Source of the DNA: Dicyema japonicum
Taxonomy: Eukaryota > Animalia > Dicyemida
Length of the DNA: 64,000 nucleotides
Reading direction: 5' to 3'
Assembly (NCBI GenBank): GCA_011109175.1
Contig: RDEW01000016.1
Span: forward strand, 986,585-1,050,584
Both the position numbers and the translations under genes were made by a program. This document shows, in pieces, positions 39,961-52,329 of this stretch (position 1 is the first letter of the stretch; each line of letters starts with the position of its first letter). Below the pieces are notes generated by a model. It ran no database searches. It saw nothing but the letters and a program-made list of their open reading frames with translations, and was not told the origin of the DNA.

Positions 39961-40040
39961 ATCTCCCATAACTGAATCTACTTGATGCGAGATAGTCGTC
40001 CATTCCTGTAAAGACTTAGTATTTGAAGATATCGTAGAAT

Positions 40041-40112
40041 GCTTGGATGGTGTAGTGGTTATCACGTTCGCCTAACACGCGAAAGGTCCTGGTTCGAATC
40101 CCAGTCTGAGTA
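40041..40112 (+). tRNA. trnV: tRNA-Val(AAC)
   Basis: Cloverleaf with anticodon arm TTCGC-CTAACAC-GCGAA, A/B boxes and a downstream T-run terminator. The T-stem is one G short compared with the CAC copy, possibly a homopolymer error. Confidence 0.85.
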
Positions 40113-40289
40113 TTTTTTTACTTGATAAAATTCTGTTGAAATTTTATTTGTGTTAGTTTTCTTAATCTCGTTTAATAATCATTTGATGTTCAGCTCATTG
40201 TCGTCAAACGAGGCAAGGGGGTCTTTTTTCTAAGATCTCTTTCTAAGATTTCGAAAGTCAGGAACGATCGTCGGGAACCTGAATAGTTG

Positions 40290-42230
40290 ATTGTTGTTTA
40301 CCCCGCCGCAACGGCATGTGTGTCTCTGGCATATGTCCAGTCCTAGGCGCAGTGCCACCCCGATCCTCAAGCTGTTTTCGTTAAGAAGGGTCCCCAGATG
40401 TGGGGAAGGTAGGGCCTCGAGCCAGACTCCATTTCCGCGATGTGCGCCGACTTAATGCTTGCTAGTCGGTGTTGGTTGGCGCTTTTCTTTTCCAACTCTT
40501 CTGGCAAGCGAAGTTCGACGAATTCAAAGTCCAACTCACCCCACAACTTGCAGACTCTGTCAAGCTCCGAGTCCAAGGTATGTCCGGTTGCGTTACGTAG
40601 GACTGCTTAGGCCAAGCGACTGCAGCTCGCAAGGGATGAAAAGTAGGCAGGCAGGAGGCTTCAAGAGGGGATCTCAACCCAATGCCCCATTTCTCGCAGG
40701 TTGTTTGCACATTGTCCAGCCCAGATCATCGAATTTGACATTCAGTATTGACTCCGCCGATCGTCTCAGAGTCCCATCAGCCGACAATAGTGCATTCCGG
40801 TGTTCAAAACATGGTGAACATCTCAAAATGTACATCATCTTCGACATGGAAATACATTTCTTGAGCAAGAAGAAAGACACACGCGGAGCCAAAGATGATA
40901 CTCTCTTTGTAAAGGCTTCAACTGCATTATCCTTACTGGTAAGGCAGTTTTCCAGCTCGTCGTTTCCGAGAGGGCAGCCGAGAGGATATGTTGATACCTG
41001 GAAGTAGGGACCTGAATTCTTGGTAAGCAATAGAAAAGCTTGGAGATGAACAGGAAATATTGATCAGTTCCGATTTCATAACATTGACATTAAACCCAAT
41101 TGGTTTAGAGCTGGAATGGTTGAAGAAATATCCTGATATACATTCTCACATGGGCCAGTTATTGTGGCGTCGTCTAAGTACCACAGGTTGAGTTCACAGT
41201 TTATGCTTCGTGCCACTGTGTCAATTGTCATTGCAAAAAGCAAAGGCCCTAGAGGGTCTCCCTGCTGAAGCCTGTGCGTGAATAAACAATATCGCTTCCG
41301 TAACTAAGGCTGAGTCCGTCCCATACGACAAGTGTACAAGTCGGCCAATCTCTGGAGCTCTCCTCCGACAGGTTTCCAAAATAAAGTCTGCCCTTTCGGA
41401 AACGACGAGCTGGAAAAATGCCTTAAATAATTTTGCTGAGAGGATGGAATCGTTGTTTCCCTGACAAATGCCAGAGAAATTCTTTGGAACAGCCATTCGG
41501 TTTCCCGACGCTCATTACTCACTTTCGATATCATTGACCTAAGCGATCTTAGATAAGAGACTGTCTTTGGCCTGAAGACTCCGCTAGTCTCGACGACAGC
41601 GGACTGTACATGGAATCTAGTTGAGAGGCTGTTGTTTTTTCTTATTTTGAAATTCTCGAACGTGAGTTAAGTAACTTCGACCTCACTAACTTGTAGGAGG
41701 CCAGCAGCTTTTAAATAGGACGCAGCAAATGTCGGTCTTCCATAGATCGGTCAGTCCTGGCATTGTAAACCAATCCGATCTTTGGGAGCGAAGGCTATGA
41801 TCCAGTCCGACTTCCCAGAGGTTGTTGAACAGGATGACAGGGAAGTAATTGTGGTTATTTTAGATACCAAATGGAATCCAATTTTCTCCACGTGAAGGTG
41901 CACCACATTGTTGAAAGTGCGAGCAGCTTCTTCACCTTTCATTTGGAGCCCGGAAATCTCAACTGGGAAAGGGTCTCGGTGCAAGCCCCATCACAAATCA
42001 AGCATTTTCGCCGAGAGATGGGGAATACAGTTACCCCGTCCGCTTTCGATCTCCACGATCCAGGCCCACCGGTTGCAGAGATGACGGAAATTCAGCCTCA
42101 AGAGAGAGAGATGCAGAACTGTCCACCGTGGGCAAGTAGGTGCATAACAGTATTAACTTTTCAATGACCTTCCTGATTGAACGCGGTGGAACAGTCGATG
42201 ACACCTTAAGTATTTTATACAAAAACTCGA
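40290..42230 (-). mobile_element. CRE-like retrotransposon (RT and downstream region), rearranged
   Basis: QQGDPL-like, WYLDDAT, KMMYILRCSP and QPARNGALG. A nested 3'-end fragment lies at 41430-41640. Confidence 0.85.
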
Positions 42231-42369
42231 AAAATAAAAAAAATAAAAATCAATAAAATTTTTGACTTTTTTGACTTTATAACTTTTGATTTATAAAATA
42301 TTTTTGATTAAAATTACATTTTATAATTGTTAAAATTAAAATTAATCAATTAATTAACACAAAAATCCA

Positions 42370-43090
42370 TCAAACGTGGTCCCCGCCGACATTATCGACG
42401 ATTGCAACAGAGATTAGCTGGAAAAGCAACCGTGTCTTACGTACGTCGTAGCTTTTTGTAGCTAGATGTCAAGTTTTTTTTGGAAACGAAGCGATTTCTC
42501 ACTTATTCCTCCAGTTGTCTCAACAACAATGGGGTAGAACGTGAATCGGTCGCCTAACGCTTCGTATTTCTTCTCCTTTGCTCTCATCAGTTTTTCCGCG
42601 GCATACAGTATGTACGCGCTCCCGACAATGTTGGATGGGCAAAGGGGGTCGACTCAAGTAGTATCCCATAACAAAAGTTTCCCCTCTTCGGATGGGATTT
42701 GTATAATTTCACCATAATAAGATTGTTAAGTCATTTTTGACAAATCCTGAGTAGTTAGTAGCCTCGAACTCGCTACTTTGTAGGATGGAGACCATCTCTG
42801 GAAAAATTATTTTTCAAATCAGTTCAGACACCTGGAGCAACTGCTTCGACCGCGGAAAATCTAAAAATCAAGAAATATTCTAGCCTCGGGGACCGCTACC
42901 GATTTACTCCTGTTGTGACCGAGTCATCGAGAGCCGTTGGTCCAATGACGGCTGAGGTCTTGCGCGAACTCGGAGGAATGTTTGCCAGAAAAAAAGGGAT
43001 CTAGGAGAAGGGTTATGGCTGAGACAAAAGATTGGAATGGCCATACTCCGAGGGAACTCGTTCGCGATCCGCTCAGTCGGCTTCCTCAAC
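42370..43090 (-). mobile_element. Two CRE-like 3' fragments (42370-42720, 42900-43090)
   Basis: GKLLLWDT, KEKKYEALG..YPIVVETTGG, and SMAIPIF..RSGP-like ends. Confidence 0.65.
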
Positions 43091-43366
43091 TAACATTTGT
43101 TTCTTTGTGTAATTACAGACTCACAGATATGGAATAATTCTAAGAGTCATTTGATGTATTTTATTTCACAAATATTAATTTTTTCTAACAATTTGGTACT
43201 GTTAGATTGTAACTGTAAATTCATCTGAATAGAAACAAAATAAATTAATCCGAAATTTTTAATAAATGTCTTTCGAAATGCGGATTATGAAGTTTCTGTT
43301 TATTGAAGGTGTTAGTAAAGAAACTTTGTAAAATTTTGCTAACTCAAAAACTGTATTGTAAAATCA

Positions 43367-43439
43367 AGCTCAGACTGGGATTCGAACCCAGGACCTTTCG
43401 CGTGTGAGGCGAACGTGATAACCACTACACCATCCGAGC
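43367..43439 (-). tRNA. trnV: tRNA-Val(CAC)
   Basis: Full cloverleaf GCTCGGA...CTCACAC...CTGGGTTCGAATCCCAG-TCTGAGC. The body is nearly identical to the AAC gene. Confidence 0.92.
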
Positions 43440-44479
43440 ACTATAAACATAAAGTGATTACTACAACATCCGAGCACTATTTTTTTCAATCAATTACTTT
43501 TTTGTCAGATTAACAAAAACTCAACGTATCGGATTATTTATTGGATTTAATCTAAGACTATCTTGCCAGTAGTCCAAAAATGACCAATAAAACTGAAAAG
43601 ATTGGATATCTGCAGATTAACTTAACTCATTGAGAACTCTAGTTAACGATTGAGGTGCGAGTAATAGGCTCCTTTCTCAAATTGTGCTAAATTTCACAAT
43701 TGAAGGGGTTACTTTAGCAGAAAAAATTAAAGAAATAATCATCTCTCTTCGACTATGGAACTGAACACTGGTAACATTAAATTACTAGTAGATGACGTTT
43801 TAGTTCGTCAAGGACTTTTGTGTCGGATCTGAATGGACTGACAGCGTCACCAACCGTGGAATTGAGGTTTCTAATTAGTTGGTTTACTACTTCCTTCTTT
43901 ATCCGTGTTTCCGGGACTCAATGTTCTTAATTCAATAAATTCGTGATTTTTGACAGTACTACCCTGAACCAGCAATAAGTAAAAAATTAAATCATTGCAG
44001 TTCGAGAACCCCTCAAGGAGACTGAAAGATTTTTCTGGCATCCATGCGGCTGAGATATGTAGATAACATGAACCCACTATGGTAGAGCGAGGTAAAATAA
44101 AAAAGCAGAGGAAAGAAAAAAATTCAATTCAAAATTTTAGTGAAGTTGCCGGTTTCTAAAAACTCGAATACTTTTAGCTTGGATTTAGTTACATGTAGAT
44201 TTTTTTAATAGAGATGATCAGTTTTTCAAATAGTTTCCCCCACAATGTGCACTAACAGATGATTCTCAATTTGGGTCAAATTCGAACCCGGTTTATCCGA
44301 CAATTCGTTTATTCAGAACCTCAGTGATTCGATAGCTCCTGAGTCTTCATATCGTCCGTGCTTAAGAGGAAAGACAAAGGCTTTCATCCACCGTGAAGGT
44401 AAGTAGACATTTTGAACACAGAGGGACATCACCACCTCATCCTTCCGACTAATTAGTAGCATAATGTAGAAACAATAGA

Positions 44480-44700
44480 ATTGTATTTCCACACGTGCGG
44501 CAGCTAAACAATATACTAGCCTTCTCCAATCCACCTGTTTTATGCGATGCTCCTCAGTGCGTCCAAATCATCTGCCGTTTTAGGTTGTCGCTTAATAGGC
44601 CTCAGATCGTCGTCCGACACTGTAGTCAAGTTACTCGTGGGAAATCTCAGTATTTCTTTTCGTCACTTAGCCACTAACTGTTGAAACGTATGGTTCCCTT
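44480..44700 (-). mobile_element. RTE-like 3' remnant
   Basis: TADDLDALRSIA..WRRLV. Confidence 0.6.
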
Positions 44701-44834
44701 GCAACTATGACGCTATGACCTTTTGTTTATTTTATTTTGTTATAACTGGTTTAAAAATCAAAAAATAATTTTTGATTTTTTTTACAAATTAATTGACAAT
44801 TTATTTATAATACTTGATGCAGCTTTAAGAGCAA

Positions 44835-45142
44835 TATTTTGCCGCGTGGCGCCATGTGGTGCTGCGTGGTTAAATGGTTTAAATTTTTGCTTGCTTGTCT
44901 GTTCCTCCTCTTTCTTCCTAATAGAGTGGCGTCATGTGATCCACCTGTCTAGGTGACGCCTAGTGCCAGGCCGGCATGAAAAAGGATCATTTGCTCTTCC
45001 CCACTCCACTGGAGGGATTTCCATAACTGCATGTAATTGACGTCTTACCCTTTATGCTGATTCCGGATGGACTCTGTTGAAGTGGAAACTGGATACACTT
45101 AATTAGTTGTTTACTTTAACTTCTTTCTCGGTGTATAATAAA
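44835..45142 (+). mobile_element. SINE-B, full length (about 308 bp)
   Basis: TSD taagagcaa (44826-44834, 45143-45151). Homologous to 50395-50672, 18094-18490, 12820-12960 and 57205-57350. No ORF. Confidence 0.8.
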
Positions 45143-45214
45143 TAAGAGCAACTTCAAGGAAAAATAAATTTGCTAAAAATCAATCAAAATGATTATGTAT
45201 TTCATAAAAGTATA

Positions 45215-45360
45215 CGTCAGGATCCTTGGCCCACAACGACGACCTAGTCAGGATCAATGATCCAATGGGAACCAGGATCTACATGAGACTGGATGGCTTT
45301 GAGAGCGCATCTCTATTGTCAGAGGAAACAGCCTAGCAATTCAAACTCCCTAGCTTCAAA
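45215..45360 (+). mobile_element. CRE-like 3' remnant
   Basis: ETGWL*ERISIVRGNSLAI. Confidence 0.6.
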
Positions 45361-45569
45361 TAATACCTCTTCACGACGGATGCAACCTTCGTTCCTCTTC
45401 TAAAAGACTAAGTTGTCACCGGATACACGAGGTTTCAGATTCCCCGAAGGTTCCTGGTTGAAATCCCGATTCGAGAAAGAATTTAACGATTGTCTGCCCT
45501 GAGAATCATTAGATTATTATAGTGGTCCCCACTACAAATTGATTGAGATTTTTTTTAATTTAAAAACCA

Positions 45570-45900
45570 AGAACAACCGACAAAAATAAAGGAAGGTAGG
45601 GGCCGTCAGGTGATCCCTTGAGCAGCCTCCTCATTTTTCCTTTGTGTTCCTCCCGAGTGCAGACGCACTTACTGTATGGACGAATCACTTTTTGGAAGTT
45701 TAGGGGTTTTGGCTGAGCTCCCGTTCTCCTCACGAGTTCTTCGAACGGGGTTGATTTTAATGACGAGGATGAGGATCTTTGTAGGGTTTTCGTTACTGTC
45801 TCTTGGAAGGAGTTTAATTTCTTTAGGTTAGTGTGGGATATATTAGTAACCCATGCCGCGAAGTACTGATTGACGGGAGTATATATCGTAGTAGAGATGA
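45570..45900 (-). mobile_element. Jockey/I-like LINE 3' end
   Basis: Y..PSISTSRHG..EEAAQGIT* with the GGATCAC...GGTTGTTCTTGG tail. Confidence 0.6.
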
Positions 45901-45965
45901 TAACTAGATGAAGTCAAATTAAGTTAATAATTAGTAAAAGAACGGAATTAAAAATAGTTAATTTA

Positions 45966-47010
45966 CTAATTATTTAGGATCGATTCAGTTGGTGTACTCG
46001 AAGATTCAATATTCTCTTTAGGTAAGACCCCTGTTGTCTCCTCTTTTTTTTCTTCATTCTGAGAATTTGAATCCTCGTTTGTACTAGATGACTCTCTTCT
46101 AGAATTCCATTCTTTGCAAATTCCGTCAAGGCAGCCTGGCAAAGCAAACGATTGTGGGGGTTCTTTGGCTTCCCTGTTCTTCGGTCGACTCGCATGGGGA
46201 CACTTTGAAAGCCGTAGTATTCTTGCCCCACACGATTATAGATATTTCCAAGAACCTATAGTTTTAGCAATATTTCAAAATATAGACAAATTAGAATAGG
46301 CAAGGAGTAAGTAGGATAAGAGGTGATCCCACGTGGCAAGGACCCATTAATTGATAACCCATACATAATTTATTACCTTAATGATCTCTTCCGGGTACCA
46401 CATTGCACTCTGGAAGTCACTTTTTACGCATTTGATGCACTGTTGGCCGTACAGTTTGAAGTAAACGACTCCAATTCCGCTTTCCCTGTCTAAATTGAAC
46501 CAGAAGCCAATTCTCCCCTTCATGGAAGTCCAACCGTGGTTACAAGACTGCAAAAAGTAGACAGCCACCACAACCTTACAGCAGAATCTGACCTTGGCAC
46601 TGTCCGTAAAGGTCTGCATCTGTCCGTTGGGCTGGGAGTTGGCCTGAGTGAGACTCCACACATTATTCTGACATATTAGGTACTGGCAGAAAAATTTGTG
46701 GAATAGATTTTGCCAAATGTAGGCAATACTAACGTCTATAATGATAAATACTTGCTGTGACCCTTCCAGTAGGCATGGTACAGAGGATACTGTCCCATCA
46801 TGTCCGAAAAAGTCAGTTGAGGGTCAAAATAGGAGAAAATCCACAATAGGCGGGGAAAGCAGTGGGTGGAAAAAATGGATAGAAAGACGAAAAGTTGAAA
46901 TAGTCCACATGGTAAGAATTTTCTGTCTCAGAGATATTCGAGACCTCAGATTGCTCCGATGTGCTCTGTTTGGATATGATTCTGTTTGGCTCTGGAATAG
47001 TAGCTGCCAT
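45966..47010 (-). CDS. 3CxxC-type zinc-finger (RTP/zf-3CxxC family) protein, spliced
   Basis: VRFCCK|SCNHGWTSMKGRIGFWF..FKLYGQQCIKC..WYPEEIIK|VLGNIYNRV..PHNRLLCQAC. One apparent 1-nt deletion near 46137. Confidence 0.8.
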
Positions 47011-48206
47011 GTCCGAATGTTAATTTCGCCGAGTTAAGCTATTTTAATATTCTCTTATTCTACGCATATTACGGATATAATTAGTGATTATATAGAATTA
47101 CTAAGTATCACACTAAGTTACAAAAATACATTTACTTTTTCTAACTTTTATCAGATTCCCCTATATTCTCCCTAATTTTGGTTGAAATCGCCTAATTCCG
47201 ATTTAATCTGAATATCCTAATTAAAAAAGCCAAATTAAACCCTAAAGAGTGCAGGAGATGACTTTACCAATTTAGGAGGATCATTATAACTTATGGCTCA
47301 CGAGGGTGCTGAAACTATGGGGGATGCTACATCTTCTTACATCATCAGAAAATTTAATTTGATCGCTTCTAATTTCCATAAATTTAAAATTTCATCATAA
47401 TTTCAAGCAATTCTGTGCGCACTTTAAATTCCATGGATCTTCAGTTGCTCGCAATAAAAAGGTTTCCAAATTACCACCAAAATGTGCTGATATTGATTCC
47501 TCTGTCTTTGGCCGGAATCAGCTTTATTTTAGAAAGGATTAGTCATGTCACGTCCACAAAGTAGATATTATATGCGAACATATGACTTTCAAACGTAAGA
47601 GTCTAAAGCCAGCAAAATGAGTGATCCCGGTACTCCTCGATATCCACGACGTTCCACCATATTTTCTAGAGAAAAACTAGTTATTTTGTGTACTTGTCTA
47701 GTTTCAGCTCTGTTGGTGATTAACTTGTACTTGCTCTTCCTGGCTCCGAGTTGTAAAAATTTCCTTTAGCTGAGAGATTAGACAGATCGTTTTCCCTTTT
47801 AATTTCCACCGAAATAGAGAATATATTTTATCTTAAAAGATCGTATTTTTTTGTTTTTAAACCTCAACTATCTTCAAACTCTCTCGACGTGAGGGAGAGG
47901 ATTATGTCTTCCTGCAGAAATGACGGTGGCCTACCATCATATATACTGACTGTGGAAAATCAAGTGAAGGAGGGACCGACTGAAGAGTCCAAGCCCTCCA
48001 ATCATGACCCATGGTATTTCAACTGGCTCAGACGATTATCCTACTTAAGATATAATCTGATTCTACAAAAACTCAATTAATTAGTCATTTGACACCTCAA
48101 CATCCATAAAAGTAAGCCAACAACACGTCACCTGACCTAAAAATTACAAAAAAACAGAGAAATATATATTAAAAAATTACAAAAAACAGAAGAAAAAAAT
48201 ATAAAT

Positions 48207-49263
48207 TCAAAAGTCATCCGAGTTCCGTGACCTAACTACATGTGCTCTACTACACAGATCTCTCTTTGGGAATGGATGCGAAAAGTCGAACCCGTCCAAG
48301 TCATAATTCTTCCTGTACTTCATAGGAACAAACTGGTGAGGGACACGCTGGAATTCCACCACAATTGGATCCCTCGAATGTTTCCCTCCCTTAGTCTTAG
48401 GCTTACCTCTTTCTTTCTGCAATCCACCAAACATGAAACCTGATACTTCTTCAAGGAAAAATGCTTGTTTTTGGCGAAAAAGCTTGAGTGATCCATCAGC
48501 ATCCACCTGAGCAGTCGTCTTCCGCAGAGTTTTGTGTCCACACGAGGGACAGAACTGCTTAGAGTGGTCCGTCACGATTCTGAAGTTAGACAAACAGTAC
48601 TTTTGACAGAGGAAACATCTGAGAACATAGGATCTGGCCACCTTGATCAGCATCCCGTCTGCGGAGATGATCGAAAGGCCCATTTGGATTACTACGTTCT
48701 GCACAGCAAAATCTGTAGAGAAACAGACGACTGAAGGGTTAGATTTAATGGCCGGAGTTTCGAATTTTGTGGCAAAATTCTCAGGTGTGATCCAATCCTC
48801 ATTCTCAGAGTCTTCGGGGGACTCAATTTTGGGGGGTTCTTGACCTCCAACTACTATTTGAGGCTGGGATCAGAGAAATCCAAACCTTTCCTACTGGTTC
48901 CAACCTAAGATGAGAAGATCCACGTGACTCGACCTCTAGATGGTAAACGAGGGCGATTAGCTTGATATCCACACGTGAGAGACTCCTGATATCCCCAGAA
49001 AGCTTAACAAAGTTCTTTACTACTGGTTAGTCAAACATATACCGGCAAGGATAGCTTCACTAGAAGGTTCACGGAATTTTATTTATAAGGAACAGTCTTT
49101 AATCGTATTCTCGTTTCTTGGTCCCTGATTTCACGAATCACTTCCTCGATGGTATATACATCATGGGCTATGTTCTATTTAAAAAGAGTAAGGAAATTGA
49201 TTTTACTTGGAATTGGATGTTTTTAATAAACCCATTTGAGTCAACAACGACAGAATCGAACAT
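48207..49263 (-). CDS. NOB1: 20S pre-rRNA endonuclease NOB1 (PIN plus Zn ribbon), spliced
   Basis: VVVDSNGFIK, EVIREIRDQETR, SLSRVDIKLIAL, MQNVVIQMGL, LRCFLC, FCPSCGHKTL and KGGKH. Homopolymer indels near 49081 and 48480. Confidence 0.9.
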
Positions 49264-49313
49264 TGCACGTGTTAAATTTGAATTAAAAATATTAAAAAAT
49301 AAATGTTAAATTA

Positions 49314-49508
49314 TTATTTTTTTAAATTCTTTTTCTTCTGGTCTTTACCGTACTTTTCACTTTCGAGATTAAACTTGTGCGCAATGTGTTTTATTTCTTT
49401 TTCAAAATATTTAATTTGCCGCCTTTTTTCTTCCTCCAATACAACGTTTTTGCATCTTGCACTTCTCACCTTCAAACTTTGAGATTTCTTTTTATAATAT
49501 TCGTCCAT
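49314..49508 (-). CDS. Hypothetical small basic protein
   Basis: 64-aa ATG-initiated Lys/Glu-rich ORF wedged between the Rap and NOB1 genes on the same strand. No recognised homology. Confidence 0.3.
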   Translation of the reverse strand: MDEYYKKKSQSLKVRSARCKNVVLEEEKRRQIKYFEKEIKHIAHKFNLESEKYGKDQKKKNLKK

Positions 49509-49629
49509 TTTTGTGATTTTTAGCTATTGGCGTATAATTAACTAATTTATTGAGAATTATCCGGTTGATTGGGCAAATTTGTACTTGTGCACACACGAAT
49601 AGTTAAATCAAGCAATTTTTAATTTAATG

Positions 49630-50253
49630 TTAAACAATACTGCAGCGTTTCTTTCGCCCCTTCGGTTCCCTCAAAGCCAGAACCATATTTTCGAACAACT
49701 GGTGTTATTGAAATTCTACCTTTATCACGTTCTCCCCTGTTTTGGCTGAGGCTTTGTAGTACTGACATTTATACTTGTCTGTAACAGCGTTAATTTCCTC
49801 ATTGGTGACTTTTATCCCTTCAGTCAAGTCATTCTTGTTACCCACGAGAAAAAGATGGGACCCTAAATATAATTGATTTTTGACTTTATTTCCACTTCCC
49901 TTAATTCCTTTTAATACGTCAACCGCATAATCGAATGACCCCTTGTCTACGATGCTGAAAATGACCAAAAATCCATTCCCATGATTGTAGTACAATTGAT
50001 ATGTGCTTTTAAACTGCTCAGTCCCCGCAGTGTCGACTATTTCTACAGTCGTTTTCTTCCCATTGATGTCTGAAATGACATTCTACGGTCAACCGATATT
50101 TTTTTGGTACGAGTCTTCGATCGTGGGGTCATAATCGTTATAAAAAATGTTATTAATATATTTATTAGCCTGACTGTTATATTATCATTTAACCAAACAA
50201 GATTTCCCGACACTTCCTGCCCCCATAAGTATGATTTGCGGCGTAGATCCCAT
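49630..50253 (-). CDS. Rap-like small GTPase, spliced
   Basis: GAGSVGKS, YDPTIEDSY, DTAGTEQF (Rap-type Thr61), VGNKND, ASAKT, and CAAX CSIV*. Confidence 0.9.
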
Positions 50254-50394
50254 TCTTTTGGCATTTCATCGGATTGGTTAATATAATTGGTATAACCAGG
50301 AAATATTACAAATTCTGCATAATTCACCGTCACGTGCTGAGATTTATAAAACAGCTTAGGGCAAGTCTTTACGAATATACGAAAATATCCTTAG

Positions 50395-50672
50395 GGATGC
50401 ACCGAGAAAGAAGTTAAAGTAAACAACTAGTTCATCCGGAATCAGCATAAAGGGCAAAAGACGTCCATTACTTGCAGTTGTGGAAACCCCTTCAGTGGAA
50501 TGGGGGAGAGCAAATGATCCTTTTTCGTCCCAGTCTGACACTGGGCGTCACCTAGACAGGTGGATCACATGACGCCACTCTAATAGGAAGGGAAAGAGGA
50601 GGAACAGACAAGACAAACAGAAAACTTCAACCAACTCGCCACGTAGCACCACGTGGCGCAACGCAGCGACTA
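50395..50672 (-). mobile_element. SINE-B, near full length with a small internal deletion
   Basis: Colinear with 44835-45142. Confidence 0.8.
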
Positions 50673-50779
50673 CCATCAATATCGAAAGACTATTTTAATA
50701 AATAAATCCTTACAAGGTAATCATGAATTTAAGAGAAAGATGACTTTAAAGTCAGAGTCGGGACCTTTAAAGTCATAGC

Positions 50780-50950
50780 TAGATGCCACTACCCGTTGCA
50801 ATCCACGAAGACCTGGGGAACTCAAAAATGAACCTAAGTGATACAGAGGACCTAGATGGTCTCAGGAAAATCGCACCTTCAAAGCAAAGTGGAAGCGTCT
50901 CACTTAAAAATTGTCTGTGGTATTGTACACGAATAAAAGGATCACTACCC
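50780..50950 (+). mobile_element. RTE-like 3' remnant
   Basis: LPVAIHEDL..DTEDLDGLRKIA. Confidence 0.55.
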
Positions 50951-51214
50951 TTGTATATGAGCACATTGATTCCATTAAATAACTTTAATCCGCCACGTGT
51001 CCAATTATTCTTAATTGAAAGTGTCTCAGAAAATAGAAAATTGAGGAAATTACCTTTAAAGTTATGTTTGTAATAAAATTTCTGAGATGAAAGAGGTTTC
51101 ATTATAATGGATGAATCACAAGTTAGGGAAAATCCTCCGTATTGATTACTACCAATATAATTCGGTAAAACTTTAAAGGTAATTTATCGAAGATTATTTC
51201 GCGTGACTTGTTTT

Positions 51215-51420
51215 CCACGCAGTATAATAAGTTCTGGATTAAATATCAGGCGGTCCAAGTTCGAATCTCCCTGCTGTCCATTTTGTGGAAGGTTCCCGCA
51301 TAACGATGCTTCTGGGTTGACAAATGACGGCGTCAGAGGTGTTTCATTTCTGCGGTCTTATAGGACTCGCACTAGAACAAGAATACCACCCTTGACGACA
51401 GGGCTGTTTTTTGTTTTCTA
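51215..51420 (+). mobile_element. Highly diverged SINE-A
   Basis: GTTCGAATCTCCCTGCTG..GGAAGGTTCC..GATGC..TTGACAAATGACGGCGTCA. Confidence 0.55.
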
Positions 51421-51779
51421 CAGATCGGGTAGTGAAGTGGTTAGTGCGCATCGTGATTAGATGTGGTTCAATTCGTACGTCTACTTGGGAGAGGGATTCC
51501 TCACTGCCCTTCGCCTTCTTTAGTTACTTAGAGCAGATCGATTAAAAATCTTAAAAATGATATTTATATTGAAAAATATGTTTATTCATCCACGTGTCCT
51601 GCAACTCTATCCAGCATTGAGCGAACCATTAAAATTATCAAGGAAGATGTTATTATAGAGTGGTTCCCAGCCATAACGTGCTCATGAAACCCTTGAAATT
51701 ATTTTTTGTATTTGGAACCCTTTGAGCACAATTATTCAAAATATAAAATCAGCTTGACGGATGAGAAAATTGTGGTAGT

Positions 51780-52120
51780 GTTTTATTAGTGAAAATTGGT
51801 AATGTAAGTGATATTGTTGACTGATGTATACTCAGTGAAATACTACGCTGTAGACTAAAAATATTATATGAATGTGTTAAGATTTGGAGTGAAAGAATCT
51901 AAAAGATAGAAAACTCACTCCATTCAGAGGATCACTTCGTATAGTTCTGTGGAAATAAATGTAAAAAACATATGTGCCGATGCAACATCAACTGTGACGA
52001 AAATTCAATATAAGAAACCTGATATATTCCTTTACGATAAGGAGAACTAAATATGACTTATAAAGTGGGAGTGACTTCAATAGACAATCTAAAATATATG
52101 GAAGTAAAAATACACCTAAT
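51780..52120 (+). mobile_element. R4/Dong-like REL remnant
   Basis: KTHSIQ, KKPDIFLYDK and VGVTSIDNLK. Confidence 0.65.
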
Positions 52121-52329
52121 AAATAATCTAAGGAAGAAACCAAAGGAAGAACGTATGCTTTTGTCGACCAAACCAATCTTCCAATAGTCCATTACAGGCT
52201 TCAACATCCAAGAGAGGCGGCGAAGTAGTCCACCCACTTCCATTTTCATCACAAGCTCCACCGTTGCAGATATCACTTCAATATAAACGATTATTAACGT
52301 ATGGTAGTGGTTCATGGGCAACGTGGAAC

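Noticed and set aside
40041-43439. Near-identity of the Val(AAC) and Val(CAC) bodies as a novel anticodon switch
   Set aside because: These isoacceptors are commonly near-identical in animals.
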